From Phoronis australis (lineage: Eukaryota > Animalia > Phoronida): a stretch of 64,000 nucleotides of DNA. The notes below the pieces were generated by a model. That model saw only the letters and a list, made by a program, of their open reading frames with translations. It had not been told where the DNA came from and made no database searches. Positions 25,150 through 37,992 of this stretch are shown in pieces. Numbering within the stretch: position 1 is the first letter of the stretch; every line of letters starts with the position of its first letter. Where the stretch lies: contig NMRA01000240.1 of NCBI GenBank assembly GCA_002633005.1, positions 507,533-571,532 of the forward strand, read 5' to 3'. A program made the translations under genes and the position numbers.

Positions 25150-27863
25150 AAAAACCGAATCGGAAAAGGGCATTCGCACGACCCGTATTATTTATTTATT
25201 TATTTTTTTAATTAACTCATAGATTTGAGGCTTCATGGGTAAATTGACCCATTGGCAGGTTTTTCAAAGCAATTCATGAATTAGGGAAACGCCGTGTCCA
25301 CCGGCCGGGCACCGCCTACTACTAACCTGATAATTCGTCACGAACAGAACGTAGTCTCAAGTTTGTGTATAAACGAGTCTTAGTATTTTGCTCTTGTGAA
25401 AAAGTGACTAAACGCCAGTTTGCGTTTGCATGGTATCACTGAAGACTACAAAACACAATGACACTTGTACGACATGCAGTGGATGATGAAATTAAGTTTC
25501 AACCATGTACGAAGTTCTGGAACACCTCTTGCTGATTTCTTACTAAGATAGTCTACACGTGGCTGTAGGAAACAAGACTTAACAGGCGTAGAGGCGGCAA
25601 TACAGAAAAGAGAGACAGCGAAACATTTAAAATGAGAAAATGTAAGAGAACGTTGATTACCAGTGCTAGGACCATCCCGAAATTTTTTGTCAGAGGCTCC
25701 CCGTTCTTTTGCAGTACTGATCGACTAACAGCACTTGGAAACCCACACTTAATCATGCATACATACACTTACTCCAAAAAAAGCCGGAGAAAACTTGTTA
25801 TGATCAGATTTTCCAGATTTTGGAATGCAAGTTAAATTCATAAATCGTAACAGGCTACCACTATAATTGTATCGTTTGAGTGAATATGAAACTAATTCGG
25901 TCTAGCATGAAACGCGTACACCTCGTATTCTTCCCCTTGCTCTGTGCTAAATTTTACCTTTTTATTTTTTGTCAGTTTTGAGAATGTATGCGGCGGAAGA
26001 TGATGCCTCATTGTATAGCACTCTTCCGTTTATGAGAAGACCTTGCACGCTAATTCCTTATCTCTGTGATTGCTTGGTCAAATTAGTTAGAAACTTTACG
26101 TATAGCGACGAAGTGAATATGAAGTAGGTTGAAAATTGCCAAATGTTTTAAGACCGAGTTTTGAGTCGAACCTGATCCGCCGAGTCTAGTTGTCTGTTGG
26201 GGAATAACACTGCATGACGCGGGTTATGTGAACCCCCAAGGTACGCCATTAGTTCAAAAATCACCTATAATAATTTTTAGTTTTCACATTTACAAGTTGT
26301 CAGTGAATACAACTGCACTTTGTATTGCGTACATGATGTTCATGTAACATTGTTGTTTAGTTCCTGCTATACATTAGCATAGTTAGTAGCATGCAAATAC
26401 ATCTTTAATGTATGTAGAGTACTTTAAGTTGGGTTTTTACACCTTTCATTTCCATGATTTGAAGAAACTAGATACGTGTTGCGTTTTCACACGTTGCACC
26501 TTTTCTCTTACAGGAAGAACACCTTTCGCTCCCAAGTGGTCGTACATGTTGCGCCTTTTACCTGGCATGAAGTGATAACCTCTGATAAATGTAAAGGTGA
26601 TGCAAGCAACAAAAATTCACCAAGAAAGCTTTCTCACGATAAGAACTAGTGTCTGAGCGCTTCAGCATCCTGATTGTTATTTTATACACCAGTGTGTTAT
26701 ACAGAATTTGTTAAACGCACGATACTTTTCATTGTTCACAGTCTTTATTCCGTTACGTTCGCTAGGTCAGTTACTGTATCTATGTTCAGTTGAGAGTAGA
26801 GTTTTGTTCCGAAACTACGAACGTAACGGCCTTTTATGTACAAAAGAATAAACGATTTACAACGATATCTATTTATTATACATAGACAAGTCGTCCAAAA
26901 GCGGAAATTTTTAAAGGCAATTCTTAACAGCATTTTTGAGTGTAGCATCTGAAAATTGCATGCGAATCCGATAAGCCATGTCTCGATGACGATGTTTGTC
27001 CAATATTGACACATTTCCAGGGCACCTGCACATAACCTCAAATCATTTTTCATGATGCAGTACCTAGCTTGCTTTTTTGACTTATCACAAAAAGATCATC
27101 TTTTATTGCATAAAAATAGTGAAGGGTCACGTGTAACCTATTGTCATAAAACTACCGCCTTCACTTTTTGCAGCTTCTGACCTATTTACATTTTTTATAA
27201 TAGAAATGTTTCAAGATTACATTTAACAGATACCCTTGCCAAATGCGATCTTTCGTCTTCCATTGGTTCAAAAAGGGTTGCATGTTTGCTTGTTTTATCT
27301 TTTGTCAAACAAATCTTTCATCTTTCGCCTTTCAAGAGTTGCATGGAACAAGTTGGTATATTACACTATTATTTTGCAAAGGTCATCATTTGTTTTCGAG
27401 TTGCCAAAATTTAGTGGCCTGTTCGAATGTTTTTCATCCTTTCAGCAACTTTCATGAACTTGAAACTGTTCGTATGTTTTTCATCCTTTCAGCAACTTTC
27501 ATGAACTTGAAAGGTATTGGTAGATAAATTTATAATACCCCCTGCCATGTCACTGCCTAGGCACATCATAATATAGTTATTGCTGCAGTACAAAACACCT
27601 TTGAATTAGGCTGGTTATATTTCGTGCATTTGACTGATTTTAGCGATTCTCCATTGGAAAAAGTTTTTGAGATAAAATGTAACTATATTTTCATCTGTAC
27701 AAAACGAGTTAAATGCCAATAAGTATTTTTGGTTAGAGGTTTTAGGCGTTAAGTACAAGCTAATGCCCTCCGGCGGGACGGGACTGGGCAACTCTGCCGT
27801 AGCTTTGGTTATTTGAACATACAGCTAGAAATATTTTGTCGTTAGTCTTCATACAGCTATAGC

Positions 27864-28018
27864 AAGTGGCGAATTTAGAGTGGGGTGCAAGAGGGCCATG
27901 CCCCCCAAATTATCCAAGATTCCATTTGGCAGTTCGGGGGTGCGAATGTCTGACGGGCAAATCCTGGCTAGGACTCTGCCCTAGCTGCCCTTAACTCAAA
28001 ATCGTGGATCCGCCCTTG
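27864..28018 (+). mobile_element. hAT-like MITE family A, copy 1 (5-bp TSD)
   Basis: Termini AAGTGGCGAATTTAG / GGATCCGCCCTTG, with ATAGC at 27859-27863 and 28019-28023. An inverted copy lies at 62764-62925. Confidence 0.75.
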
Positions 28019-28179
28019 ATAGCTGACCAGCACTCGGCTATCACTTCCAACAAGAACACGGCGGAGTTTTGATTCGAACAAACATTGGTCTATTTATTTA
28101 TTAAATCAACTGTTGTGAGTTCTTTTAGTTCAGAAGACAATTTCTTATAATCTTGAGATGAGAATAACATCAGCAGAAC

Positions 28180-31100
28180 CAGTGGCGGACCTAGGATATC
28201 ACAAGGGGGGCCCAACATTTTGTCTGTAAGCATTTGCGCAAAGCACGATTGTAGATGTGCATAGCACCGAATGGAAAAAAATTCTGTTTTTTCCTCTAAA
28301 AATCAAGCATTTTCATTGATTTTTGAAGTTTTATCCAAGAAAAAAGGCAAGGAAAAAAATAAAAAAGGAGAACGTGTCAAACTTGAAAAACTGCCAATAC
28401 CAAATACTCGAACTCACGACCTTGTGGTTACAGCTGCACCACCACGATTTCTCTGGTGTTTTGGATCTAAGAGATCTACTTGTTTATGGTCCACAGCGTT
28501 TGCGCGCGAAACCTACTTTCTTTGTAATGCTTATTATACTATTTATATTTTGTGCAATCAGTTTGTAACAAATTTGTTTTATTTAAAATAGTCTTCAATT
28601 GCCCAAAAGACCAAATCCGTTTTTTTGTGTTGGCATTAATGGAAATCGTCTTAAGTTAAGGTTTGGCAAAGAGAGAATTATGAGTTTCTGAGTGATTCAC
28701 TAAGGCTTCGATTAAAATTGACATCTTACCAGCAGCTTCTGTTATTTCATCGTCACTCAGATTCCATTTTCTAGCGAGGACAACATACGTCACCAAGTCG
28801 CTTCATTTATCTGCCACCGTGTAAAATTCACACATTACAAATTACTTCAAAGTATGAAATAAGATGTTATTTTACTTAAATGTTAGTCTTTTTTCGTCGC
28901 AAAATCCGTTTAATAATACTTTGCACGATTTTTTTGCAGCGACGTAACCGACATTTCAGAGCCAAATGGTCGCCGGTAAAAACAACTGGTACTTGGTTTT
29001 CAACTCAGGAGAAGACTAAACTCTCGAATTTTGGCGTGAAACTTCGTGAACTTTTAGACGAAATCCTTGAGCACGTTATTACGTAAGTATTTTTCACTTT
29101 CATGGACTTAAAAGTTGGAAAAGTTGCCAGTTCCCGCGACCTTCAACTTTGACCTGAATTTATTGGTATATTTCCTAATTTGCGCACATAATGAATTGTA
29201 TTGCGAACTAAAGGATTCATTAATGAAGTATTTCAAACACTTGTTGCAAACGGGCCCTTCGTCGATTTTATATAATCGGGCGTATTTCTGACTCACTTCG
29301 TATTTCCGGGTCCTGCCGCTAGGGGTACTCCTGTGAATCGCGGCTAATTTTTGGTTCAAAAAATAAAGCATTTCAACGTTTTCCTAATGAAAAGTCAATG
29401 TATAAAAGACCCAAAAAAGTAATTTCTGGTTGAGAGAACAATGATTCTTACGTTTAAGGTTCTTTTTTTCTTGTTTTTGCCTCACATTTTTGTAGGTTAG
29501 GCCACTAAGACCTGACTTGTTGCCAGACAGGACCATACCCATACAGGCCAAGACAGTTTAGCCAGCATATGTCAAGATGGAAAATGAAAACATTTTAATT
29601 TTAGTGTAAACAAATATTACAACTGTACATTTCTACTCCAGTGCTGTGTTTTCAAATTGTGTTTACTACCATGAAAAACTATACATGCTATCAATTTTTT
29701 TCTTACCATGAATTGGTTTTAACTAAACAATTCAGAGGTTCGACTAGATTGTTCATATGTCTCAGCCTGGCCTATATCTTTCAGGTAACCTTTGTTGGAA
29801 ATTGCTGTGGACCAAACCAGTTGTTATTTTCTTCATCATTTTTTCTCATAATTTTACTCCTATTTGTCAGTTTACTATAATACATATCATCATGTCTCGC
29901 ATTTCTGTCTCATCAGACTCTGCCTTTAGCAGCATGGTCCAGATCCCTCTTCTTTCCTGCTTCTACTGATTCTACTTGCATTCAGCAGTGCAGCCAACAA
30001 CATCAAACTTCCTGGTTGGCAAGAATGTTCTTCACAAAGTTAGCTGAACTGGCGATGACCAGTATCATGGCTTAGTAATTTCTCAGTTTAGTATGTAACA
30101 AGCTTTAGCAGTTTTTGTTAACAAAACTGCAGCATCTAAAGAGCAATATGTTCTTGATTTCCGCATACTGGTGTAACCTACCCAGCTATTTCTTTTTCTT
30201 TTCACGACCTTTAAGTTAATAAGGCTTGTATGTCATAACAGTATGATTCATGAATCATAGCATTCTTTCAGGCTCCATGGATATTGAGTTTGGTTTCTAT
30301 TTACTATATGAAGCTTGTATTAAAGTTTTTGTTTATCATACTTTTCATCAATACATATTTGGAATACATTTTGACAAAGTTAAGTCAGTCGCAAACTGCA
30401 TGTCAACAAAAAAATCACAAAATAATAATAATTTACCCAACCAATTATCAGATTTCAACTTCCCTGGTGAAAAAATCTTGAAATGATACTAGCCTATTTT
30501 TTCCTTGTGTAATTGTTATATTATGCCAATTTGAAACTACAAAATTGTACGTACTCTGGCTTTTCTTTGTCAGCTTTGTGGACTTTAAGGTCAATATCTT
30601 CGCCTAGGAATGTCCAATTGGAATGTTTTTTTTTCAAATTATTCATCATAAAATTTTCTTTGAAATGATGTATAACATGTCTATCTACGTTACGTAGATT
30701 TGTAACCATAATATTTCAAACACCCAAATTTGATTTGACAGAATTTTTACCAAAAAATTTGACACAAAAACACCATTTTCTCCGGAATAGTAAGTCCGAC
30801 TTAAAAAATATTTGCACCGTTCTTTTCGTCTCATAGAGAGCTTTCTGGTGATAAATATTACATGCACATTTTTAAAATTTTTGAAAAATGCTGTTCTCAT
30901 TGCATTTTCTTTAAAAAATGAAGTAAATTTTTCGGAAGCAGACGATGGTAACGGAGTCGTAGTGCGCAGCGCCACTGCCGGTCGTCTGGGACATCGTGGG
31001 AGAGCCTATACATGTACTTAGCCATAGTTCCGTTACGACTGCGCCGTGCTCCGAATTTGACACTTGAAATTGGATCTGAGCTCCCCCCGCCCTAAAACTG

Positions 31101-31253
31101 CACACATTTAAATCTTGCTTCAGCCGTACAATGTTAACTACCGGGGTTAATTAATAAACTCAACATTTCCCTACGCTCTTGCTGTTTTATTTTTTGCGGC
31201 ACCCAAGGGGGGGCGGGGTCCCCTGCCCCATCCCCCCCCTAAATCCGCCTATA
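28180..31253 (+). mobile_element. hAT-like non-autonomous element family B (5-bp TSD), carrying a 2.1-kb nested insertion
   Basis: Termini CAGTGGCGGACCTAGG / CCTAAATCCGCCTATA, with AGAAC at 28175-28179 and 31254-31258. Both arms match the uninterrupted inverted copy at 61693-62303. Confidence 0.75.
28772..30902. mobile_element. Nested TIR element with 7-bp TSD (P-element-like), no intact ORF
   Basis: CATTTTC is duplicated at 28765-28771 and 30903-30909. Termini TAGCGAGGACAACAT versus (reverse complement) CAATGAGAACAGCAT match 10/15 and all mismatches are transitions. The segment is absent from the sister host copy near 61840. Confidence 0.6.
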
Positions 31254-32003
31254 AGAACAACCACGGGGAATCATGTATAAGTCGTAGAGCGGTCACAGAG
31301 TTGTGGTGTAGGCCAAAATGAGCGTGCCGATCACTGACGAGTTACGGCTAGATTCCCTGCGCCGGGAAATCGTCCACTTCATGGATCAAAAACTGAGATA
31401 AATGGCATTGTTTTACTACGAAACTCTGTAGAGGGTTTCATGTTTTGATTGGGCAGTTTACGGTCATCCAGTGCTTAGCATCTGCTCAGTTCAACTGGGT
31501 AATGGGGTGGGGGTTGAAAAAAGTGTCTATGAGTTACTAGTTTCTCATCAGAAATAGAGTTTTGTAACTGTTTGGAATATCAAAATTTCCGTCAAGGCAA
31601 GGCACAGACGAGTGTAGGTGCATTGTAAAACGTGACTGTGAAATCACAGTACAGTGAAATTTGTGATCTGTGTGTTGCTTACTCGGTGTAGCCGTTTTTA
31701 AAGTCTAGGGGCATATATTCGAAGGGTAGAGAGGATGTAACATACTTATCTTAAGCGTGGAGAGTGCAAGATGATACACTCTAGGGTTGGCTTTCAAAGT
31801 AATGGCTTATAGTTGTTATCCCATTGTATTCCGTGCGCCACCTTTTGAACCTTTTGAAAACGAAATGTACTCAGTGCTTCACTACGCGATAGGGACAGTC
31901 GATCCAATGAAAAGTTTACATGGCGAAGATAAGATAGGCCTCAGCCAATCTTCGTTATCAACAGTTACCTTGCACCTTCTCTTATTTTAGTTCGGTGCGA
32001 ACA

Positions 32004-32530
32004 ATGTTCCGCCTTCGACCCAGTTTCAGAAGAACCCAGTGCCCAAGACTTTACGCTAGTGTCAGAACATTAGCCACTTGTCGCAATTTTTACAACAAAG
32101 AATCGTTTCACTATGACGACATGGAATTGTTGGCCAGGGAGCAGAAAGCGAGGGCGCAGCGTGAAAGACTATCCAATGCTCATTGGGTATGTCGAGAACA
32201 GCAACAGGTGGTCAGTACCCGGAATTTGACCAGTTTGACTGGGCTGGTGTATGCGAACCAGAAAAGAGAATATGCATTTATCAAGTCGAACGTCACCAAC
32301 AGACACTGTGGAATGACATGGCAGTGTAAGACACCTCGTACTCTCGTAATCTTTGAGCAGAGGCGTTCATTTCGAATATCTGGGGAACATTTGAAGGAAC
32401 AAGCTGGGCGACATTTGAGCCAAAAGGAGAGGTTAAAGAAACATTTGCAGGAACATGGAACCACGGGAATTGTTTTGTACGGTGCATTGTGGGTAATGTC
32501 CATGAGTGTCTGCTACTTGGCCGTGCAGAG
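32004..32530 (+). CDS. FAM210B: FAM210B-like (DUF1279) mitochondrial membrane protein, first identified coding exon
   Basis: ATG at 32004 follows acceptor cttattttAG (31990). The Arg-rich presequence-like N-terminus is MFRLRPSFRR. SQKERLKKHLQEHGTTGIVLY...YLAVQ is the start of DUF1279. Donor AG|GTAGGT at 32531, phase 2. Confidence 0.8.
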
Positions 32531-33258
32531 GTAGGTCGGTTTCGTTATTTGTTGAGGTTACTAACTGTAAAAATCTGATGAAATAACAGAGAAAAGAAAC
32601 GAAGGAAATGTCTTTCAATATGCCATTTCGTGGTTTGCCGATTCCACGTTTGATGCCCCCCATTCAACCAAAGTGGCACAAATCTACGGGACAAATAGAC
32701 CACTTTTGTTATTTCATTTCGCTAGACCGCCAGGGGGGGCGATTCCAACACTAAATGTCATTCCCAGTTTATCACTCACTGACTTGCTTACACTGTGCCG
32801 CAGTGCTAGATGATTCATCATGGTGTCTTGCTTCATGAAAAGTAACAAATTTTTTCTTACGCCTCAACCAACTATTTCTGAAAAATTATTAGTTCCCACT
32901 TAAGCAAATAATACGAAATCTCTAAGAATATATCCATAACTGGTAGTTACTGAGATGATTTGGATACAATATTTCCAAGCTATGGCTTCACTTTAGTACT
33001 TATGAAAAGGGAGCGCAAGACAAAAATGAGACTTAAGCAGCGAATTAAGTCACTTTTCGTAAAACATACCCCAGTACTAAATAACGTCCGAGGCACTAGT
33101 CTCAAGGGTCCTGAATTTTGAGAACCAGTTCGATGCTCGTTATTTAGTGGAGTAATTAGTTGGTTTTGTAAAATCCGGGACCCCTTACTGCGAGTGACTA
33201 TTACCCACATTTCAACGAGCATTTGAAGTTTCAAAACTTTCTCTCAATTATTTTTCAG

Positions 33259-33460
33259 CGGTGTCGACGTGGGTGTTTTATTGTCAAAGTGTGGTTTCTC
33301 CGACGACGTTGTTCACTCCAAGTTGGCAGCGGAGGCGACTACTTTTGCAATAGCGTACGGCGCGCACACATTGATAGCTCCGGTACGCATTGGATTAACT
33401 ATCGCTGGTACGCCGATAGTAGTTCGACTGAGAAATAAAAACATCGGTGGAAAAAAGTAA
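33259..33460 (+). CDS. FAM210B: FAM210B-like protein, last coding exon
   Basis: Acceptor tatttttcAG at 33258 (phase 2) gives ...VQSGVDVGVLLSKCGFS...SKLAAEATTFAIAYGAHTLIAPVRIGLTIAGTPIVVR, closely resembling the FAM210B C-terminus (SGVD, SKxAAGxSTFVVAYAxHKxFAPVRISIT). Total 242 aa. Confidence 0.85.
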
Positions 33461-34787
33461 CCAGCACTTATCAGTGTTGCAAAGGCTAATCTCAGTCCTT
33501 GATCTATACAATTCCCTCAGTAATCAAGACGTTGAATGAACAACTCTGACGTTGTAACAAAAACAATCATTTCGTATAATACTTACACAAAAATGCAGCC
33601 TTGGTCGCGCGTATTTGGCTGTAGGAGGTGTTGCATTGTGTACTGGGCCGAATAGACCGGTGTAGTAGAATGAGTGTCCTACGTGCATATATTTGAATGT
33701 CAACATGTGGGTTTCGCTATTCAGTTTATTACCCGAATGCTCTATGGTCAGACGCTCAGTGCACAGGGTGTAGAGTAGTTTTATACCGGCTACCCAGGGC
33801 ACTTAGCACAGGTGAACGAGGTACCAACAACGGATCACAGGCGCACCTCAGTCTATATAGAAATGGGTGTCTACAGGTGTTCGCACCCTGGGAACCTTGC
33901 AAGGTTGACAATATTAAGGCAGGTTATATATTCGAGGTGCTAGTCAAAACTGGTATAAATCAGTCGCCGAGCCGTACTGCTCACGAAATGAAAACTGTCT
34001 TCCACTTTAACAGTGCTTTTAAAATTACTTGCAGAACAATGAAGATAACTGAGACAAAGGAATGAGGTTATGAAGATAAAAATAGATGAAAAATCTCTTG
34101 TATTTAAACTAAATAATTTTGAAACATTTAAGCAACTAAATCCATATCGTTACGTAAACAAATATAACTCATTTTAAGACACCTTACACAGATTTCAAAT
34201 TACGAGAAGATACCAAACCCGCTAATAATACCTCGTTAACATAGCACATAACAATAAATATAGAATACTGACGAAATGAGAGGTAATAATATCAACGAAT
34301 ACACAACAAGGAAGCCAACAAATGTGAGCATTTGACAGGTTCAAGGTAACGCCAAAGAAAAACTGGTCAGCCGTGTAGCGAACTCACATTGCCGACATCT
34401 CACTTCGCACTGGAACCAATTCGTTGTTGCGCTTTGCCCCGGTTCCTGCAATAGTACGCCACACAATAAATGGGAAATGGAGTTTGAAAAACGGCTTATA
34501 AATGCATATGCAACATGCAGCCTCTCGGCTGTCAGGACGGCATACAAATAGGCCTGAGGCCCGAAACCGAAAGTTTCGAAAACCTCTGTGTCTGGATCAT
34601 GGTGTTGCGTCTCATCCAATTCAACAGTCAACATCTATGGTGTTACGTTCCCTGAACAATGTGGGAGGCCAATGAGAATACCTGAGGAATGATCAACTGC
34701 TATCATGCAGAGGGTTCCGATTGAATAACTGCAGTGTCAATGGTGGCACCAATGAGATAAATATAGAAGAATATATATAGCTCATTG

Positions 34788-35435
34788 GGTGGCACTCACT
34801 AGTTTTTCGAGCCACGGTTCAATTTGCCTTCCCCCATTTCATTAAAAAGTTGGCGCCTACTGGGTTGGCTCTGCATTTTAAGTTCTGTGCTGCATGTGAA
34901 GGCTACGAATGGCATAAACTTCATTTTTGGATTTGTTCTGGGTGAATTTTCACCCCTTGACTCACTTTTTGCAAGACCCCCTTTTTGCACAGCCTTGGCT
35001 TTTTTAAACATTTACTGTTTGCAAACGGGAAGTTGAAATTTTGCAGGAAATTCAGGTACCCTTTAGACACGTTGGATTTGTAAAAATCTAGCTCGGACAC
35101 CCACTTTTGACCCGATTTGTGTAATGTGAAAAGTCTGAATGCATTGCCTCTCACTTCGCAGTAATCGCATACAAATGGTGGCTTTGGGATGAAAGCTGTT
35201 TATTTGGCCGTATTTTTGCTCTTTTTCAAGTAGCCGGCTGCACTTCCGGTAGTCATAACATATGGGAAAAGACCTTGAAGTCAGTTTTAATAGATTCTGA
35301 GCAAGATTTTTGAAGTCTTTGGTCCAGTATACTGTTCATATTTTTAGGTTTTGTACATTCCGTGGAACAGACTGTTGAAGCCGACACGACTTGGTTTTTC
35401 AAGCCCAAAATCAGCAAAAACTGTTGAGTGCCACC
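34788..35435. mobile_element. Non-autonomous TTAA-type (Kolobok-like) element
   Basis: TIRs GGTGGCACTCA.TAGTTTTT / AAAAACTGTTGAGTGCCACC. TTAA on the right (35436-35439); left flank degenerate. Termini are related to 47081-47738. Confidence 0.6.
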
Positions 35436-35656
35436 TTAAGCGGCTGGTCTCATTCGTGTAAATGCGAAAAAGTCGGATTACCATCTGTGGAAAAAAACTT
35501 GGCACTGACTACTATCATAAGAACATAAAAATGAATTTTAGTATGTTTTGTTGTCATTGCAAAATGTTTTCTGGTGGGGCTAATGTTGTGCAGGATTGTG
35601 TTGAAGCGTACCGAACAACAACCCGCAATCCGCAAATCTCACTGTAAAGGTACAAA

Positions 35657-35904
35657 CATGTGTGCATCCAGCCTGAAAAATAGGGGGTGCTCGAATTTTT
35701 CAGAATGTGGACATTTTCCTAAAAAAACGGGGTACATTCAGAGCTATGGTTTGTGCATTCGCCGAATTCCTGCTTTTTAGTGGTCTAGTTTTCTACTTTT
35801 TCTTACTTTTTGTTTCTCTGGGTGTACCTTTTTGCCCAATTCGCCAAATGGGGGGCTCATTCGAGCCCCTCAAGACCCCCCCTCCCTCCTTGGGTGCCCG
35901 CATG
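35657..35904 (-). mobile_element. MITE family C, copy 2
   Basis: Termini CATGTGTGCATCC / GGGTGCCCGCATG, with TACAAA at 35651-35656 and 35905-35910. Confidence 0.7.
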
Positions 35905-36505
35905 TACAAAGTCTGCTCATTTGTTTTAAACACTGTCACAAAAGGCAGTAACAATGGTAAAACTTGAAATTTCGGGCGTATGCTTTCAAATGTCGAATTA
36001 AACATTGTCAAGAGACCAGCAGAGGATACAACTTCTAAATTGAAAGTTCTTGGTAATCTAATGTAGTCCAGTTTATATGTTGCCTCCTTAGGCAAAGCTG
36101 GATTCATTCAAACACATGCTTCCATCTGTAAAATATTTAAACTTTAGGAACCTACCTGTAGAAACGCGGTCGTCTTCATAGTTTTCCAAGAATTTGAAAG
36201 CAGCCGCAGTCACGTTCTTTCCTGCAATAAAATGTATGGGCCATGCAGGCTGAGTTTAATAAACAATTCTTAATGAGAGCAAGCACATAAGCGCTCTCCA
36301 TGCCTTGTAAATATCAGTGGTTAGGGTGGTTCAATCCCTAATGCTGAAGTCGTATATTTTTGCCCTTTCAAGGCTTGTAAGTGGGTTCCACACAACGTAG
36401 CCCCTCTTAGCTTTATGTAACGTTACATATACAACCATGGTCAGGTTTACTTTTTTCACGTAAATGTTACTGTCGATTTCAACAGCATTCATATAGTAAT
36501 AACCC

Positions 36506-36634
36506 ATCTGTGTCCAATTCATCTACATGCCCACCTATGTCCAAGTCATCTGTTTGCCAACCTATGTCGAAGTCATGAATTTGCCCACCTATGCCCAATT
36601 CATCTATTTGCCCACCTATGTCCAAGTCATCTAA
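36506..36634. repeat. Degenerate ~27-bp tandem repeat (CATCTRTTTGCCCACCTATGTCCAAKT), about 4.5 copies
   Basis: GCCCACCTATGTCCAA-like core repeated four times, probably within the 3' UTR of the minus-strand gene. Confidence 0.8.
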
Positions 36635-36985
36635 TGCCAAGAAAGTTTCATTGTTGCGCAGTAATTCGTGATACCGATCCTAAGCATTTCGGCAAGCCAT
36701 CCAATATTTGTTAGGTATGGAAGTGTGCGATGAATTTTCGCACAATGGAGGTTGACATGTCACCAAGAATTTCTGATTTGCAGGGCAAATATTGAGTTCA
36801 GAAATGTCCAGCCAAGTATTGACCTTACGTAGCGACTGGGGAAGGAGGGAAAGGTGTACGAAATTGGAAACTAACTTAGAGGTTTTCAAACAATTTTCAA
36901 GCTGTTTGAAGCAGACTGCATTAAGGAACATTAGCGACAAAGACTGATGATTATGCTGTGGAAGGAGCGCACTCCTCCACTAATT

Positions 36986-37992
36986 TCACTTACCATCCAT
37001 AGTGTCGTAGCCTTTATCAGATGTTAGAGTGACGGATTTCAGCTCTACAGTCTCGTATATGGCACCAGCATCTGTCCCGTTTTCAATGTCGGCTCTGACT
37101 TCGAGTGTTGTGAAGCTTGAGCTGCTTTTAGTTTTGGTCGAACTTTCAAGGAAAGCTTTAGGATTAAGTTTCACTTCTGGGTCATCATTTGTTTTGTTAC
37201 CGGCGCCTTTCTTTTTGGCTTTCTTATTTGGCACTGCATAAATGTCTATCTCTGGGTCTTTAGGAGGTGAGCCTGTTGTTTCTTCTTGTTTGCTTTGATT
37301 TTTCTTAACATCTATTGGTTGGTTAATGTTCTTATCCATTTCCGGTGATTTCTTTAAGAATTTCCATTTCTGATCCACTTTCTTCTCTTTCATTTTGTCC
37401 TTATCCACAACTCCGTCTTGCCCACTCGTATCAAAACCCCCGTTCATTTGCCAATTCTTGCTCACGGCATTTTGGCTCGGTGATCTTTGTTTAGTGTCAT
37501 TTTGCGGTTGGTCATTTAAGCGCATGCTATTTGGTCGGCTGAACGTAGCCGCAGGGCTAAGCACAATGTTTCCTACAGTTTGAGAAGAGTGGTTCCAAGG
37601 TTTGGGACGTATCACTAAAGGGTTTTCAGAAAAGTAAACATTTGGATTTGAAACATAGATTTGCTGTTGCGACGTGAACGGTCCTGCCCGCAAATCGTAG
37701 TGTTGATAGGAGGGTCGCACGTAGTACCTACCAAATTCATCTCCCCTGCTCGAACTTCTTGATTGCATCTGGAAACTTGAATTACGCGATACGCCACCTG
37801 ATGGCTGTACTTGTGGCACAGAAACATGGGTTGTATTGCTAAAGCCCGAGTGACCTGCGTTCGAATTGTTCGAAATAGTAAATAGTTTGGTCTGAGATGA
37901 CGAAGGGTCGTCTCCGTCTGATTCATTGTCAACGATGTCTATTCTGGCAGTCATGCTAGCATTTCTCGCAACGCCTCGCCGTCTGTCCTTGT
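36986..37992 (-). CDS. Unnamed single-pass membrane protein (adaptor-like), terminal exon encoding the disordered cytoplasmic tail
   Basis: 1-kb open frame, S/P/K/Q/D-rich with no Cys. Acceptor atattttcAG at 37993, phase 1, matches the upstream exon's donor. Tyrosine motifs include DIYAVP, AIYETV and GYDTM. Confidence 0.8.
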
